A program made the translations under genes and the position numbers. The notes under the pieces are model-generated. The model had not been told where the DNA came from, ran no database searches, and worked only from the letters and a program-made list of their open reading frames with translations. Below are positions 12,700 through 25,094 of a stretch of DNA of 64,000 nucleotides, piece after piece. The DNA comes from Octopus vulgaris (Eukaryota), in contig OX597815.1 in the NCBI GenBank assembly GCA_951406725.2, positions 86,986,001-87,050,000 on the forward strand, in the 5' to 3' direction. Within the stretch, counting starts at the first letter, position 1. Every line of letters starts with the position of its first letter.

Positions 12700-14070
12700 T
12701 GACCTTTAATTTAAGGAAATTGTTGAGCCTTATACAGCTGTTGTGTATCTGGTTCTATTTTCAAAGGCAACAGGTGAAATGTCAGACACGTGATTAGCAA
12801 ACAAGTTTATACCTGACTATATGAATTATAACACTAAGTCTTGGTTCCATGTGATATGAGAAGAGAAATGTGGGACATAATTGGTCATAAAGCAGGCACT
12901 ATTTTTTTTTTTCATTTTTGTATCGACCACTGTTGAAATTAGGTCTACTTTAAGTTCGAAAAGTTCTATGCCCGTAACATCGTTCTTTCATATCTTATTT
13001 AAATTGGTTTAAATAGCTACCGAACCTTTAAACCTTTTGAGTTACATCAATCTGAATCGATGACAATTCCACAAACTAATTAAATTCACTTTCCAAAAAT
13101 ATTTTATTATATTATATCTGATAAATAATGAAACAACGATTTTGCAGCTTATAAGTGTTGTTCAGCTCCTTGGAGCGGCAAATTAATTTCGTTACATTCT
13201 TAAAAATAAAACGCCTCTTGTTTTTAATCGTTTATAAAGCCCAACTTTGTTTCTAATATTAAAAACTCTATTACAGTATCATATAATTCGACAAAACGAG
13301 TCAAACATGCTCCTACTGAGAGCCGACGAACTTTTGGGAGGCGCAGTACTAGTAGATTGCTTATTATCTTGGCACAGCTATCAAAACACAGTATTTTTAC
13401 CATTCGATTTGATTTATAACATTCTTTTACTCCAAATATGCAAGAGAACCACAATAGCTGCCTATCAATGGTGAAATTCCATCAGTAGTGAATGCAACAA
13501 TATTGTTCAATAGTATATTTTATTGCAAATTAATATTTCAGAACAGTAAATATTGAAAACCCTTTTGTATTTGTAATATGATTTAAAATCATCGGCATTT
13601 CTTACAGCATGGTATTCTCATCAAAGTATCTTACATATGCTATTAATAAAGCATCATTACCTACAAGGGAGGACTCTTCCAACTGCATAGAAACTGACGA
13701 TTTGGGAGAATGGCTATAAATTTATTTTCAACGTTAACCGCCATTTTGGCAATGTGTCGCTTTAATGTTGTTGTCGCTAAGGGATAATGTTTTTATAACT
13801 TCAGTTGAATCCTGTTGCATGACTATTGCGGTAAATTCTTTAATAGAAAGCATTATGAAAGTGTCTTCAATGTTATGGCTTTTACCACTTTTTGCAGTTA
13901 ATTGTGATTTACGATTCTCTGCAGTTAATCTATTTTCGTTCCTTGAATTTTGCTTATCGAATAATGTAACTAATGCAGAATGAATTTAGAGTATTTTGTA
14001 TAGTTCTTTGAAATATTCAATGGGTTGAACTTGCTCTTCAGAATGTTTTGCAACAAAATGTTCGGTTCTG
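12700..14070 (-). pseudogene. Degenerate hAT (Charlie/Buster, ZBED5/SCAND3-like) transposase
   Basis: Minus-strand fragments QLEESSLVGNDALLIAYVRY (cf. QLDEST..LL.YVRY) near 13630-13690 and KVRRLSVGACLTRFVELYDTVIEFL (cf. EVRWLS.G.CL.RF..L) near 13260-13340. Many stops; boundaries approximate. Confidence 0.7.
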
Positions 14071-14218
14071 TAGCTCCGCTACATATGCCTTGATCTAGGC
14101 ATAGAACGGAGGTCCAAAATAGATCTAGGATTCCAAATCTAGATTTTCTAAATTACTATCAAGATTATAAAATTTAAAATACAATCACTGAAAATTGCAC
14201 GATGTTCATGATCTAAAT

Positions 14219-14550
14219 CATAGGTTCTCAAAGTGGACGCTATTGCACACCACCCCCACGGTGGGCGTTGAGACGGTCCAGGTGGGTGCTGGTGGGGTTG
14301 GGACAGTAAAAAAGAAGGCGTTGGGAGGAAGGCAGTGGATTGGGGGATGCTATAAATTTGTTATAATGTTATAGTATTGCATACAAATTATACATATTAA
14401 ATATCAAATGATTCATATAAATTAGTATATATAATTCGTGTATATAAATTAGTAAAATATAAAATATTCATTTATACATAAAAATAGGGGTGGGGGCGCT
14501 GAGAATATTATGTGGCCATTAGGGGGCTCCAAAATGTTTGAGAACCTCTG
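14219..14550. mobile_element. hAT/Charlie-type MITE (332 bp)
   Basis: TIRs CATAGGTTCTCAAA and TTTGAGAACCTCTG. 8-bp TSD ATCTAAAT (14211-14218) / GTCTAAAT (14551-14558), close to the Charlie NTCTAGAN target. Confidence 0.85.
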
Positions 14551-15673
14551 GTCTAAATCAATGAAAATAGTAATTTCAATGCAACATCTAATAAAGCTTA
14601 AGGCGATGGTAATTACTATTGCCCCAAATTCTCGATAATGCAAAGAAACTGAAAGAAAATCTGCCAATAAAAATTGACAAAAAATGAAAAGGGATGAAAA
14701 GAAATCGGGTCGTATCCGAGGATTGTTAAGTGTAAGGCACTCTGAATCAAACTGCTTGTAGTGTTACACTTATGACGTCATTATTCAGGACTCCCTATGA
14801 CACCAAGGTGCATACAAAGAATATTAAAAATACATGGCAATACACGCATATCGAAATCTAGTCTATACCGATACTAAACTTTTTTTATTAAGATCTAGAC
14901 TTCATAAAAAAAAGATAAATCTTCCATTCAACTCAGCACAATAGAATGCTTTCAAAGTAGATCGCTGTATGGCGTGCTCAAGGTTTTCCGACCATTCACA
15001 AAAGACATAGGAGTCTTGTCATGCAAAACGTATGGCCTAAAAACAACAGTTCTCAACCAGAGTTCTCTATCCTCCTGGAAAAAAACTGTGGGATTTTTTT
15101 TTTAGATTTTCGCCACTATAATGTTAAAAATGCGCGAACACAATATAACACTTTTTACCCCTGCGTTGTATATATCTGTCACTTCTCTATCTCTCTCTGT
15201 TCCCTCTATTTCTTTCTTTCTCACAATCGCTTTCTCTCTTACAGTCTCTTTCTCTCTCTCCCTCTCTTACAATCCCCCCCCTACAATCTCTCTCTCTCTC
15301 TCTCTCCCTCCCTTTTTGTCATACTCTCTTACCTACTGTTTCTCTCTGCTGTTTCTGTAAAACATTTCAATCTTTACTCTGCTCAGACGACGAGACTGTC
15401 TCTTTCCTCCTCACTTCCTTCTCTCTTTCTTTGCTTTTTACTTCTTTGACTATTGAACCGATTGGATATCTTCTTACTGCTCTTGACTTTGCTTTTTCTA
15501 TAGTTTCTACCTTCGTTAAGGCAGAATAGCTCAAAAGAAGTTGACTTTTCCTTTCATCATTTCGAGTTGATCAAATAAATACCAGTTTAGCACTGGGGTG
15601 AATGTTATCGGTCTTATCCTCTCCTCAAAAAATTTCAGGCCTTGGGCCTAGCGTAGAAAGAATAATAATAATA

Positions 15674-15720
<47 letters not shown>

Positions 15721-15722
15721 CA

Positions 15723-15861
15723 AGGCGGCTAGCTGGCAGAATCGTTAGTGCGCTGGACGAAATGCTTAGCGGTATTTCGCCCATCTTTACGTTCTGAGTT
15801 CAAATTCCGCCGAAGTCGACTTTAACATTCATCCTTTCATGGCCGATAAATTAAGTACCAG
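15723..15861 (+). mobile_element. tRNA-derived SINE family B (Meta/MESC-like core)
   Basis: GGCGGC.AGCTGGCAGAATCGTTAG head, GAGTTCAAATTCCGCC B box and TTCATCCTTTC...CGATAAATTAAGTACCAG core. It follows the (ATT)n tail of a preceding copy (about 15530-15665). Confidence 0.8.
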
Positions 15862-16354
15862 TTCGGTTCGATGTAAGAAATTGTGCTCAACATCATCGTC
15901 ATCATCATCATCACTATCATTATCATTACCACCATAATGGCATAATGATCATCATCATCATCGTTAGAGTGAGAATCATTTAACACTCCCATATAGTGTC
16001 ACCTTTTTGGTGGTTTAATATGCTAAATCATAAACAAACTCATTCTTTGTCTAAAACCAGTAAGCATTGATATCTGATTCGACATTTGTGACCTTGCATT
16101 AATGGATAACTAGCGTAGATCTTATAGGAAATTTCATAGAGATATGAGTTTTCCATGTAACCCAACCGTAAAAATAGGGAAAATACTAATGAGAATCCAA
16201 TGATGCCATGAGAAATCTGTGACTACACCAAACAATTTTGAAGGAATTTCTCAAAGATACCAAAATCCAGTAATTCTTCAGAAGGCTCACAAAACGCGAA
16301 TATCTTTAGCATTTGTATTCTATAAACCAATAGTGGAACCATTACGCAGTTGGT

Positions 16355-16530
16355 TGATCAATTAGAGAAGCAACTAAATTTCCCTTAAATCACATCCTAG
16401 CCTCTTGGAAAATAGAGACACTTTGCATTATATAGTGCAAGATATCTGAAAATGTGATGGGATGGTCGTGACTGAAACGTCATTGATCACGGAACTGTAC
16501 AATCAAGTCTAACCTGGGGTTAAACAGCAA
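16355..16530 (+). repeat. Dispersed repeat family E (SINE-like; tail ...GACCTGGGG(C/T)TAAACAACAAC)
   Basis: Shares GATGGGATGGTC.TG.CTG.AA.G.C.TTGATCA..G...CAGGG.TGACCTGGGG.TAAACA with 27030-27250, 32610-32830, 22960-23050 and reverse copies near 22320-22500 and 34470-34600. Confidence 0.6.
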
Positions 16531-17384
16531 ATCATTAGCATACTTATATTCCATGAAAGAAACAAATAGTTTGGTATAAATGTTTAGTTTCGTATTTTCA
16601 ATTTATCTACATAAAGCTAGATTTTGTGATTGTGAATATTGTAGATGAAATTTAAAAGATACGAAGTTACAAAGACATTAGAGCGTCCGACAGAATGCTT
16701 TGCTGTACTTGTTCCGACTCTGCATTCAAAATGCTGCCAAGGCCAAATTTGCCTTTCGTCCTTTCGAGATCGATCCAATGTAGCGTACAGACAGAAATAC
16801 AACAACATCGGATCTGATGCCTGCGTTATCTTATCGGTGTGTGCTGAGTTCAAATTCTTCCCTGGCTTATTTGAGTAATAGACTTAATCCATTATCCGAT
16901 TTAACACCAGCAGCTGGCATCTTGGGTGCTTTAGCGGAGTACACTCTACTGCAAACATTCCATCCAGGTTTCTTGTTTGAGAATACTGTCCTCTCCCTCT
17001 CCAGCCACTCTCCGAGGTCCCGTATCAGGTCAAGGGCGCTACGTTCCCTTCTAAATAAAAGATAAATAGAGCCTCAGTGCAGAGGGTGGGTTGCTTATGT
17101 AACTCTAGATGATTTCAACTCAAAATATTAGAGACTGCAATTAAATACATTATATTCCAATCTATGCTCTACTTTTCATTCCAGTTTGCCGCCCAAAAAC
17201 AATTTCAGGCTTATAAAAAGACAAGTAGAATACTTTTCTAAATTGTATTGCTGCAACTAATTGTAACTTAATATTCCTTTTGACATTGCCTAACTATTAA
17301 TACTACCCAATACTCGTGATTTCTTACTTTGTCACAAAATCTTATAATGCGCAATCTTATAAAGATAGACAGATAGACAGACAT

Positions 17385-17468
<84 letters not shown>

Positions 17469-17495
17469 TGTGTGTGTTTGTGTGTGTGCGCGTGT

Positions 17496-17539
<44 letters not shown>

Positions 17540-17544
17540 TTATA

Positions 17545-18834
17545 TCAGACCATTAAGAATAAAATGTCCGATTTTGAACTAAAAGTTTATTTTACTTTAT
17601 CTGAACAAAAAGCAATGTAATTAATCAAAATATGCACCTAAATTATCAACTCAATTTTGTCATTTTATCAGTAGCTGATTTATGGCAGCAGCGAAGAATT
17701 CTGGAGAGCAAGAGGTGGTGAAATCACGAAAGGCTGTTTTTGCATCTTCTTCAGATTTGAATTTTTTTTCCTTTGCAAAAAGTTGTCTAATGCCTGGATA
17801 ATGTGATAGTCAGTTGGTGCAAGGTTTGGGGAACATGTTGGATAACAGAGTACTTCCATGTTCAGCTCCTGTAACCTGAGTAGCGTTCTTTGTGCAACAT
17901 GCCGTCGGGCATTGTCTTGCAAGAGAATCATCCTGTCTCTATTGACCAATCTACATGCTTAATTGCAAGTTTACTCATTATTTCATCTAAATGGTTGATG
18001 TATACATCCGCTGTAATTGCTTACCAAGTCTCATGAAGCTGTAGTGGATGACACAAGAACTAGACCACCAAACAGACATCATTAGCCTTTTTTTTCCTTT
18101 TTTTGGTGAATATTCTTTTTGGGATTGTGCTTTGGTACTTCATCTCTATCCAACCACCGTGCAGAACGCTTGCTATTGTTGAAAAGAATCCATTTTTCAT
18201 CACACCTAACAATACGATGCAAAAATGGTTCGCTTTTATGCTACGACAGCAAAGAACAGCAAGTTTCAAGACGACATGTCATTTGGTGTTCGTTCAGTTT
18301 GTGTTCATCAATTTTCCAGCTTCTTTACCTTGCCAGTTTGTTTCAGACGGTCCAATACAGTCGGAATCGAAACATCAAATCGTGCTAATTCACGCGTAGC
18401 TTGAGCTGTATCTGCATCCACTAGTCGCTAGTTCATCATTATCCACATTGGTCTCAGCTCTACCACAGAGCTGGTTTTCATAAATAAAATCACCAGAGCG
18501 GAACTTCTCAAACCGTCGACGTATAGTGCACTCATTCGCCACATATTCACCAAAACACCTCATTGATGTTTCGAGCTCTCTGGGATGCATTGGTTCCACG
18601 ACAGAACTCATATTCATAAACAACACGAATTTTTGATCTCTCCATGGGTTCACGAAAACTTATTTACAAGAGAAAACTTACAATATAGTCAGACACTGTG
18701 AATTGAATTTCGAAAAACGATGACGTATCTCTTCAGTGTTGTAAAACAAAGAATTTTCAGGATAAAACATTAGAGTCAATGGCTGTCAAACTTAGTGGAA
18801 AAGAAAATTGGACATTCCATTCTTAATGACCTGA
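17545..18834 (-). mobile_element. Full-length (1290 bp) mariner (DD34D) element with disrupted transposase
   Basis: About 30-bp TIRs (TCAGACCATTAAGAATAAAATGTCCGATTTT and reverse complement TCAGGTCATTAAGAATGGAATGTCCAATTTT) flanked by TA. Transposase motifs TIRRRFEKFRSGD, CDEKWI, LLQDNARRH and CSPNLAPTDYH lie in shifting frames. Confidence 0.93.
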
Positions 18835-18897
18835 TATATATAAAAATACTCGAGTAATAAACTGAAGGATCGCTCAATAATTTTTTAGTAGAGTACA

Positions 18898-19111
18898 ATC
18901 TTTTCTACTCTAGGCACAAGGCCCGAAAGTTTGAGGAGGAGGCCAGTCGATTAGATCGACCTCAGTACGCTAATGATACCTAATTTATCAACCCCGAAAG
19001 GATGAAGGGCAAAATTGACCTCGGCGGAATTTGAACTCAGAACGTAAAAACAGATGAAATACTGCTATGCATTTCGCACGGCGTGCTAAAGTTTCTCCCA
19101 GCTCGCCGCCT
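18898..19111 (-). mobile_element. Family B SINE
   Basis: Reverse complement of GGCGGCGAGCTGG...GAGTTCAAATTCCGCCGAGGTC...TTCATCCTTTCGGGG...CCTTGTGCCTAGAGTAGAAAAG. Confidence 0.8.
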
Positions 19112-20114
19112 TCAGCTGTATCAGATATTAAAGACACAATGAAATGTTAACATTAAATAATATGTCAATATATCTATGTTCAAAGAGAGATGTGTTTGAT
19201 TTTCATAATTATGTAAGTTCGAATCAAATTTCATAACTTGCTGCTAAAGAGGTTTTTTTCAAACTTGAAGCGTTGTGTTCAAAAAAAGTTATCTTAATTT
19301 CCATATAGACCACAGAAGAGCAAAAGAAAAGCAGGAAGCAAAGTAGATATCTATAAAGTATCAAGTTACCAGAAACTATATCTTGTATTATGTATTTATT
19401 TAATTTTTAAAGTTTAAATAAGTAGTGATATCAGCCAGGTAGAAATGACTTTTAAATCAATGTCTTGAAACTGAAACATATTCGGCGTACTGAACTAGGG
19501 ATCGCTCTTCAATATTCATTTGGCTGCTTTCTTGATATTGGGTCAAATAGTCAGAGAACTTAAATCTAGCCAACCGTGCATCCAATCATAGCCAGCACTG
19601 TCACTATACGTCATCTATCTCGCATTAAAAGCAACCACAGCAGCTATGTCGACGAGAACAACAACAACAACGATTTTAACAACGCTTTTGAGTTATTTTA
19701 TTATTTTGAAAATGTTCAAGTCTCACTGTTTATAATTATTTGGGTTTTTTTTATTGTTGCAGTTGTTATTGGTGATATCACTACTTTTGTTAATTTCCTT
19801 TCATGGCCTTGCAGCAATTTTAACTAAAACAAAATATCTCTGGGAGAATTTATTTGTTAAACAAATATCTCAAGCAACTCCAAGATATATACAATACATT
19901 TCAAAGTACTTAGACGTACTTGATGAATATAGAGTTATCCAACTGAACGCTTGAGTGTCTTTCGTCGTGTCAAGGATTTTTAATGGAAATGTTTTCAACA
20001 GTTGCGGTCAGTGCTTTTCTACGAAATAGAAAGAAAAGAAGACCTACTTCCGGCAATGCTCTGCAAATTATGGCTTCGGAGAGCTAAGTTCTAATAAATT
20101 TAAAGAAATCTCTT

Positions 20115-20186
<72 letters not shown>

Positions 20187-20211
20187 ATCTCTATCTATCT
20201 ATCTATCTATC

Positions 20212-20256
<45 letters not shown>

Positions 20257-21111
20257 TGATTTTTGTCTATTTATCTATCGCACTCTCTTTACATATACAT
20301 CCATATACGAATACGTACACATACATATATACACTCTCGCAGACATATTTGTGTGAGTGATGTGTGTATGTAAAGAATTGTAGCTAAAAACTCCAAATGA
20401 TTAAACGAATGCAACTCATGGCGTAAGTAACGAAAGATAAAAAAAAAGCGAATTTTCTAGCAATAATGTTATTGATGAGAATGATATTACCACTATCTGG
20501 AAAACAGCGATGAGAAAGAAGAAAAAATTTCACTATAATCAGCATGTAGGAATTTTTATTCTGATTGAAATTACTGTCTTAAATCTGAACGAGATCGCCA
20601 TGTTTATTTCTCCATCAAGTTATTGTGTCGATCCATCTTAGAAGTAAAATCTATAAAAGTTGTCTTTAAATTATAAGATTTCATACAAGATCGAACAAGA
20701 AACATGGATAAAGGAATAAATTTTAAATAACTCTAACTTCGTTAGATATAACAAGGAGTGAAAGTAAAATAACTGGATTCTATTTTAGTTTAAACGGAAT
20801 TCAAAAAGAAAGTAAGGATAATCGTATGATAAAATTGAAGAAGTGTTCTGTTAAATAAAATTCAAAATCAAAAGACGAATATTTGGACACAACACATATC
20901 TTTTCTGTTTTGAGAAGGTGTTGTTATTTTATTCTTTCAGGTGTTGTAAATAAAGGTATTTAGTCAAAAGTAGAGGATACCCTTGAAATCTATCTATCAT
21001 TTTGTGATTAATAAAAATCAATGCCGAACTTCAGTAAATTTTTATCTTAGAATAGTAACGCATAGAGCAAACGTAAATGACAAGGTCACCTTCAAAAATT
21101 TATCCAGATAT

Positions 21112-21581
21112 TCTTTTTGTTCATTATTTACATTCGACGGATATTTTTCCTCATCTTGTTTGTGGTTAACACAACGCTTCGGCCGATATACCCTCCAGCC
21201 TTCATCAGGTATCTTAGGGAAATTTCGAACCTGGGTTCCCATTCCTAAGGCATTTCTCGATGTTATTAATATTATTCAGATCACTGCTTGGAATCGAACT
21301 CGAATTCTTGGGGTTAGTAGCCGGCACTCTTAACCACTACACCATATGCCCGTAGGGAATTATGAAGAGAATTTTAGAGCTAATAAATCTAATATTTTCC
21401 TATCCTTCCTTAATACCGGTTCCCATATGCTACTCATATCTACATTCGGTCTCCTTAGGAGGTTGTTGTGTCCTAGCATATGTGCTGCTTCTTTTAGTTT
21501 TCGTATTTTCCAGTGGTACTCTCTGTCAATTATTTTAACTTCATCCCACAGGAGGGAGGTGGTCTCACTTTTTCCATACAT
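21112..21581 (-). mobile_element. PLE 3' end: GIY-YIG C-terminus, tRNA-like segment and hammerhead-containing pLTR
   Basis: ORF 21360-21581 reads WDEVKIIDREYHWKIRKLKEAAH (Penelope/Poseidon-type GIY-YIG end). A tRNA-like segment follows at 21281-21352 (A box TGGTGTAGTGG, B box GTTCGATTCC), then an HHR at 21168-21213. Confidence 0.8.
21168..21213 (-). ncRNA. Minimal type I hammerhead ribozyme motif (core GAAA changed to GAAG)
   Basis: Minus strand: gatac-CTGATGA-A-GGCTGG.AGGGTATA.TCGGCC-GAAG-CGTT-gtgtt. Confidence 0.7.
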
Positions 21582-21599
21582 GACGTATTAACAACAAGC

Positions 21600-21851
21600 A
21601 CCTGGACGTATTAATAACTCTCACCAAGTGTGGATTCAGGACATCCGTATACTGTAAGCCGACCTTCACTGGACGATACTTCAACTTCAGTTCCCACCAT
21701 CCATACAGTGTAAAGAGAGGGATCACTCAGTGCCTAAAACATCGTGCAAAGAATTTCTTCAATACACCTGATGAAGGTTGGAGAGTATATCAGCCGAAAG
21801 GTTGTATTAACAACAAACAAGACGAGGACAAATATCCGTCAAATGTAAATA
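21600..21851 (+). mobile_element. PLE RT-thumb fragment joined to a second HHR pLTR, inverted relative to 21112-21581; tail resumes at about 22264-22300 after a SINE insertion
   Basis: Translates LDVLITLTKCGFRTSVYCKPTFTGRYFNFSSHHPYSVKRGITQCLKHRAK (PLE FLDV..VYRKPT..S.HP..K motif). It is followed by CTGATGA-A-GGTTGG.AGAGTATA.TCAGCC-GAAA-GGTT at 21768-21803. Confidence 0.8.
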
Positions 21852-22260
21852 CTCTTTTACTCTTTTACTTGCTTCAGTCATTTGACTGCGGCCATGCTGG
21901 AGCACCGCCTTTAGTCGAGCAACTCGACCCCGGGACTTATTCTTTTTGTAAGCCCAGTACTTATTCTATCGGTCTCTTTTGCCGAACCGCTAAGTAACGG
22001 GGACATAAACACACCAGCATCGGTTGTCAAGCAATGCTAGGGGGACAAACATAGACACACAAACACACACACGCATATATATATATACATATATACGACG
22101 GGCTTCTTTTCAGTTTCCGTCTACCAAATCCACTCACAAGGCTTTGGTCGGCCCGAGGCTATAGCGGAAGACACTTGCCCAAGGTGCCACGCAGTGGGAC
22201 TGAGCCCGGAACCATGTGGTTGGTAAACAAGCTACTTACCACACAGCCACTCCTGCGCCT
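21852..22260 (-). mobile_element. Full-length family A SINE inserted in the PLE pLTR
   Basis: Complete head, CORE-like segment and tail. It interrupts the pLTR sequence AAATGTAAATA|ATGTACATAAT, which is contiguous in the copy at 24654-24680. Confidence 0.88.
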
Positions 22261-23882
22261 ATATATGTACATAATTCCTCATCTCTTAAATATAGAACTG
22301 TATTCTTTTATGTTAATGATGATGTCTAATTCCAGGCCAGCAATGACTGAGTCGATGGCATTCTAATCATGACTTTCTCATCTTTTGCAGATATAACATA
22401 TCTAGGATTACATCATCTAACGAATGACTTCATTTTATGGTATGATCTTATTGAAATTTGGCAGCCTGTTTCAGCAGGTCAAGCGAACACATAGATGTTC
22501 CTTCATTGGCTCGCGAGAGTTGAAGAAGATTTGATTATTTCTATCAGATCGTTCGAACCCCCAAATGTTTCCGTTGGTCACTTCAAACTAGACGTCACCA
22601 TTCCTCAACAGACTATGAATCTGACAATTTTACGTACGAGAAGTGAGAAAATGTCTCTCGCTCTAGATGCTTACCATCACTCTACAATACTCACATACTG
22701 ACATATATACCACATCAGCTTGCTAGTGACTGCAGCAAGTCAAGTTCATGCACGAAAAGTAAGATAACTGCATTATGAACTTAAAGAAAGTTCTCTACTA
22801 AAAGAATGTGACCCTAACTAACTATTTTGATGGAATCTTCGTGTAGTCATTTAAGTGAAGGAAACAGAAGTCATTTCCAATTTCTTTCTCGCAATCTAAT
22901 AAAAGATTCGTATTCAACACTCCAAGCTAATGCAAAACTAGACAAGCTGACGTGATACCTCTAAAGATACGTGATGGTTACGGTTGAAATACCTTTTTCA
23001 CTGGTCAGCTTGATCAGGAATAACATGGGGTTAAATATCAACAAACACTACGACGACCACACATTCATGTTATAAATTGTCCGCATTAACTTATAACAGC
23101 AGTTTGCACATTTTTGTCTAACAATTTAAACATACCTAGATTTGACTAGACCCATTGATAGGTCAAAGAGACCTAGCGCGCCATCAGAATCAGCATAATA
23201 ATCGTCGCCTATTCTGCTAATAATCTAAAACTCTTAGTAATCTATTCTCCTTTTTCAGAATAAAGAATCAGAAAATTTCAAAACATTAGGTAAAAATCAA
23301 ACACACGTATCAAAGTATTATAATTTTAAATGCATTGCACGTAAAACGCAAAATATTCGAACGCATTAATATCAGGATTATACGAATACAGATAAAACAT
23401 CAGTCTAAATTTGAAGAATGTATTTTAGATCAACGAAATGAAAAGAAAAATAGAAATAATCGAATTGTAAATAAGAGTAGCTAACACTGCAGAATATTGA
23501 TATCACTAGAGAATGAGGATACTGATATAGAATTTTAAAATCATTGTATAATGGTTGTCACCGTAGAAAGGTGCTTTCAACATATAATCACAGAAGAAAT
23601 GCAGAATATCGATCATTATTGATATGGTGAAGTTCTACTGAAACTTTGGATCGCATTTAGAGCAGCGAAAAGAAATATGAAAACATGATGGTGAGAAACA
23701 CATAAACAAACAGAAAATCTTTTAAGATACGACGGATAATCATTTCTCAAGAATATGAAGTTTGAGTGGAGGAAGCTGTTGCACTATGCGAGTTGTAAAA
23801 GTTAAACTCAACTCCGGTAGAAATTGAACTCAGAACATAACGGGATTTATGCCTTTAAATAGACAATATTCTCGTAGACCAA

Positions 23883-24461
23883 GCCGGCGAGCTGGCAGAA
23901 ACGTTAGCATGCCGGGCGAAATGCGTGGCCGTATTTCGTCTGCCGTTACATTCTGAGTTCAAATTCCGCCACGGTCAACTTTGCCTTTCATCCTTTCGGG
24001 GTCGATAAATTAAGTACCAGTTACGCACTGGGGTCGATGTAATCGACTTTATCCCGTTGTCTGTCCTTGTTTGTCCCCACTCTGTTTAGCCCCTTGTGGG
24101 TAGTAAAGAAATAGGTATTTCGTCTGCCGCTACGTTCTGAGTTCAAATTCCGCCGAGGTCGACTTTGCCTTTCATCCTTTCGGGGTCGATTAAATAAGTA
24201 CCAGTTACGCACTGGGGTCGATATAATCGACTTAATCCGTTTGTCTGTCCTTGTTTGTCCTCTCTGTGTTTGGTCCCCTGTGGGTAGTAAAGAAATAGGT
24301 ATTTCGTCTGCCGCTACGTTCTGAGTTCAAATTCCGCCGAGGTCGGCTTTGCCTTTCATCCTTTCGGGGTCGATAAATTAAGTACCAATGCGTACTGTGG
24401 TTGATCTAACTGACTGGCCTCCTCCCCAAAAATATCGTACCTTGTGCCTAGAGTTGAAAGG
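23883..24461 (+). mobile_element. Family B SINE tandem trimer (184-bp period) bounded by a single TSD
   Basis: TATTTCGTCTGCCG recurs at 23932, 24116 and 24300. A flanking 15-bp direct repeat AATATTCTC(G/A)TAGAC lies at 23865-23879 and 24462-24476. Confidence 0.88.
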
Positions 24462-24577
24462 AATATTCTCATAGACAGACTGTCCAGCATATGAATAAAA
24501 CTAGTATGTTAATCAAACGAAAAATATTTACTACGCGGTCAAGGTCGGTCATGATCAAACAGATGCGTTTATCATTT

Positions 24578-24800
24578 ATTTTGTTTCAGTCATTAGACTG
24601 CGGCCATGCTGGGGCACCACACTGAAATTTTTTTTAAATTTGAATGAATCGACATTATGTACATTATTTACATTTGACGGATATTTGTCCTTGTCTTGTT
24701 TGTTGATAACACAACGTTTCGGCTGATATACACTCCAGCCTTCATTACGTATCTTGGGAAAATTTTGTATCTGGGTTCACATTCCTAAGGTATTTTTCGA

Positions 24801-24841
<41 letters not shown>

Positions 24842-25044
24842 TCACTGCTTAGAATCGAACTCGGAATCTTGGTGTTAGTAGCCCGCGCTCTTAACCACTA
24901 CGTGGGTAGTACTTATTTCTTAAGCCTGGTACTTATTCTACCGGTCTCTTTTGCCGAACCAGTAGATTACCGGAATGTAAACACACTAACACCGGTTGTC
25001 AAGCGGTAGTGGTGGACAAGCAAAGACGCGCACACGCACACACG

Positions 25045-25094
<50 letters not shown>

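Noticed and set aside
16877-17050. Minus-strand open frame after an AG acceptor as an HSPA12 exon
   Set aside because: The translation (RERSALDLIRDLGEWLERERTVF..) has no HSPA12 similarity; it is more likely an L1/Tx1 remnant.
21281-21352. Functional tRNA gene
   Set aside because: The acceptor stem does not pair, and the segment is embedded in a repeated mobile unit. The same applies to the SINE heads.
23883-24461. CRISPR-like regularly spaced repeats
   Set aside because: The whole 184-bp unit is repeated with no unique spacers; this is a eukaryotic SINE array with no cas genes.
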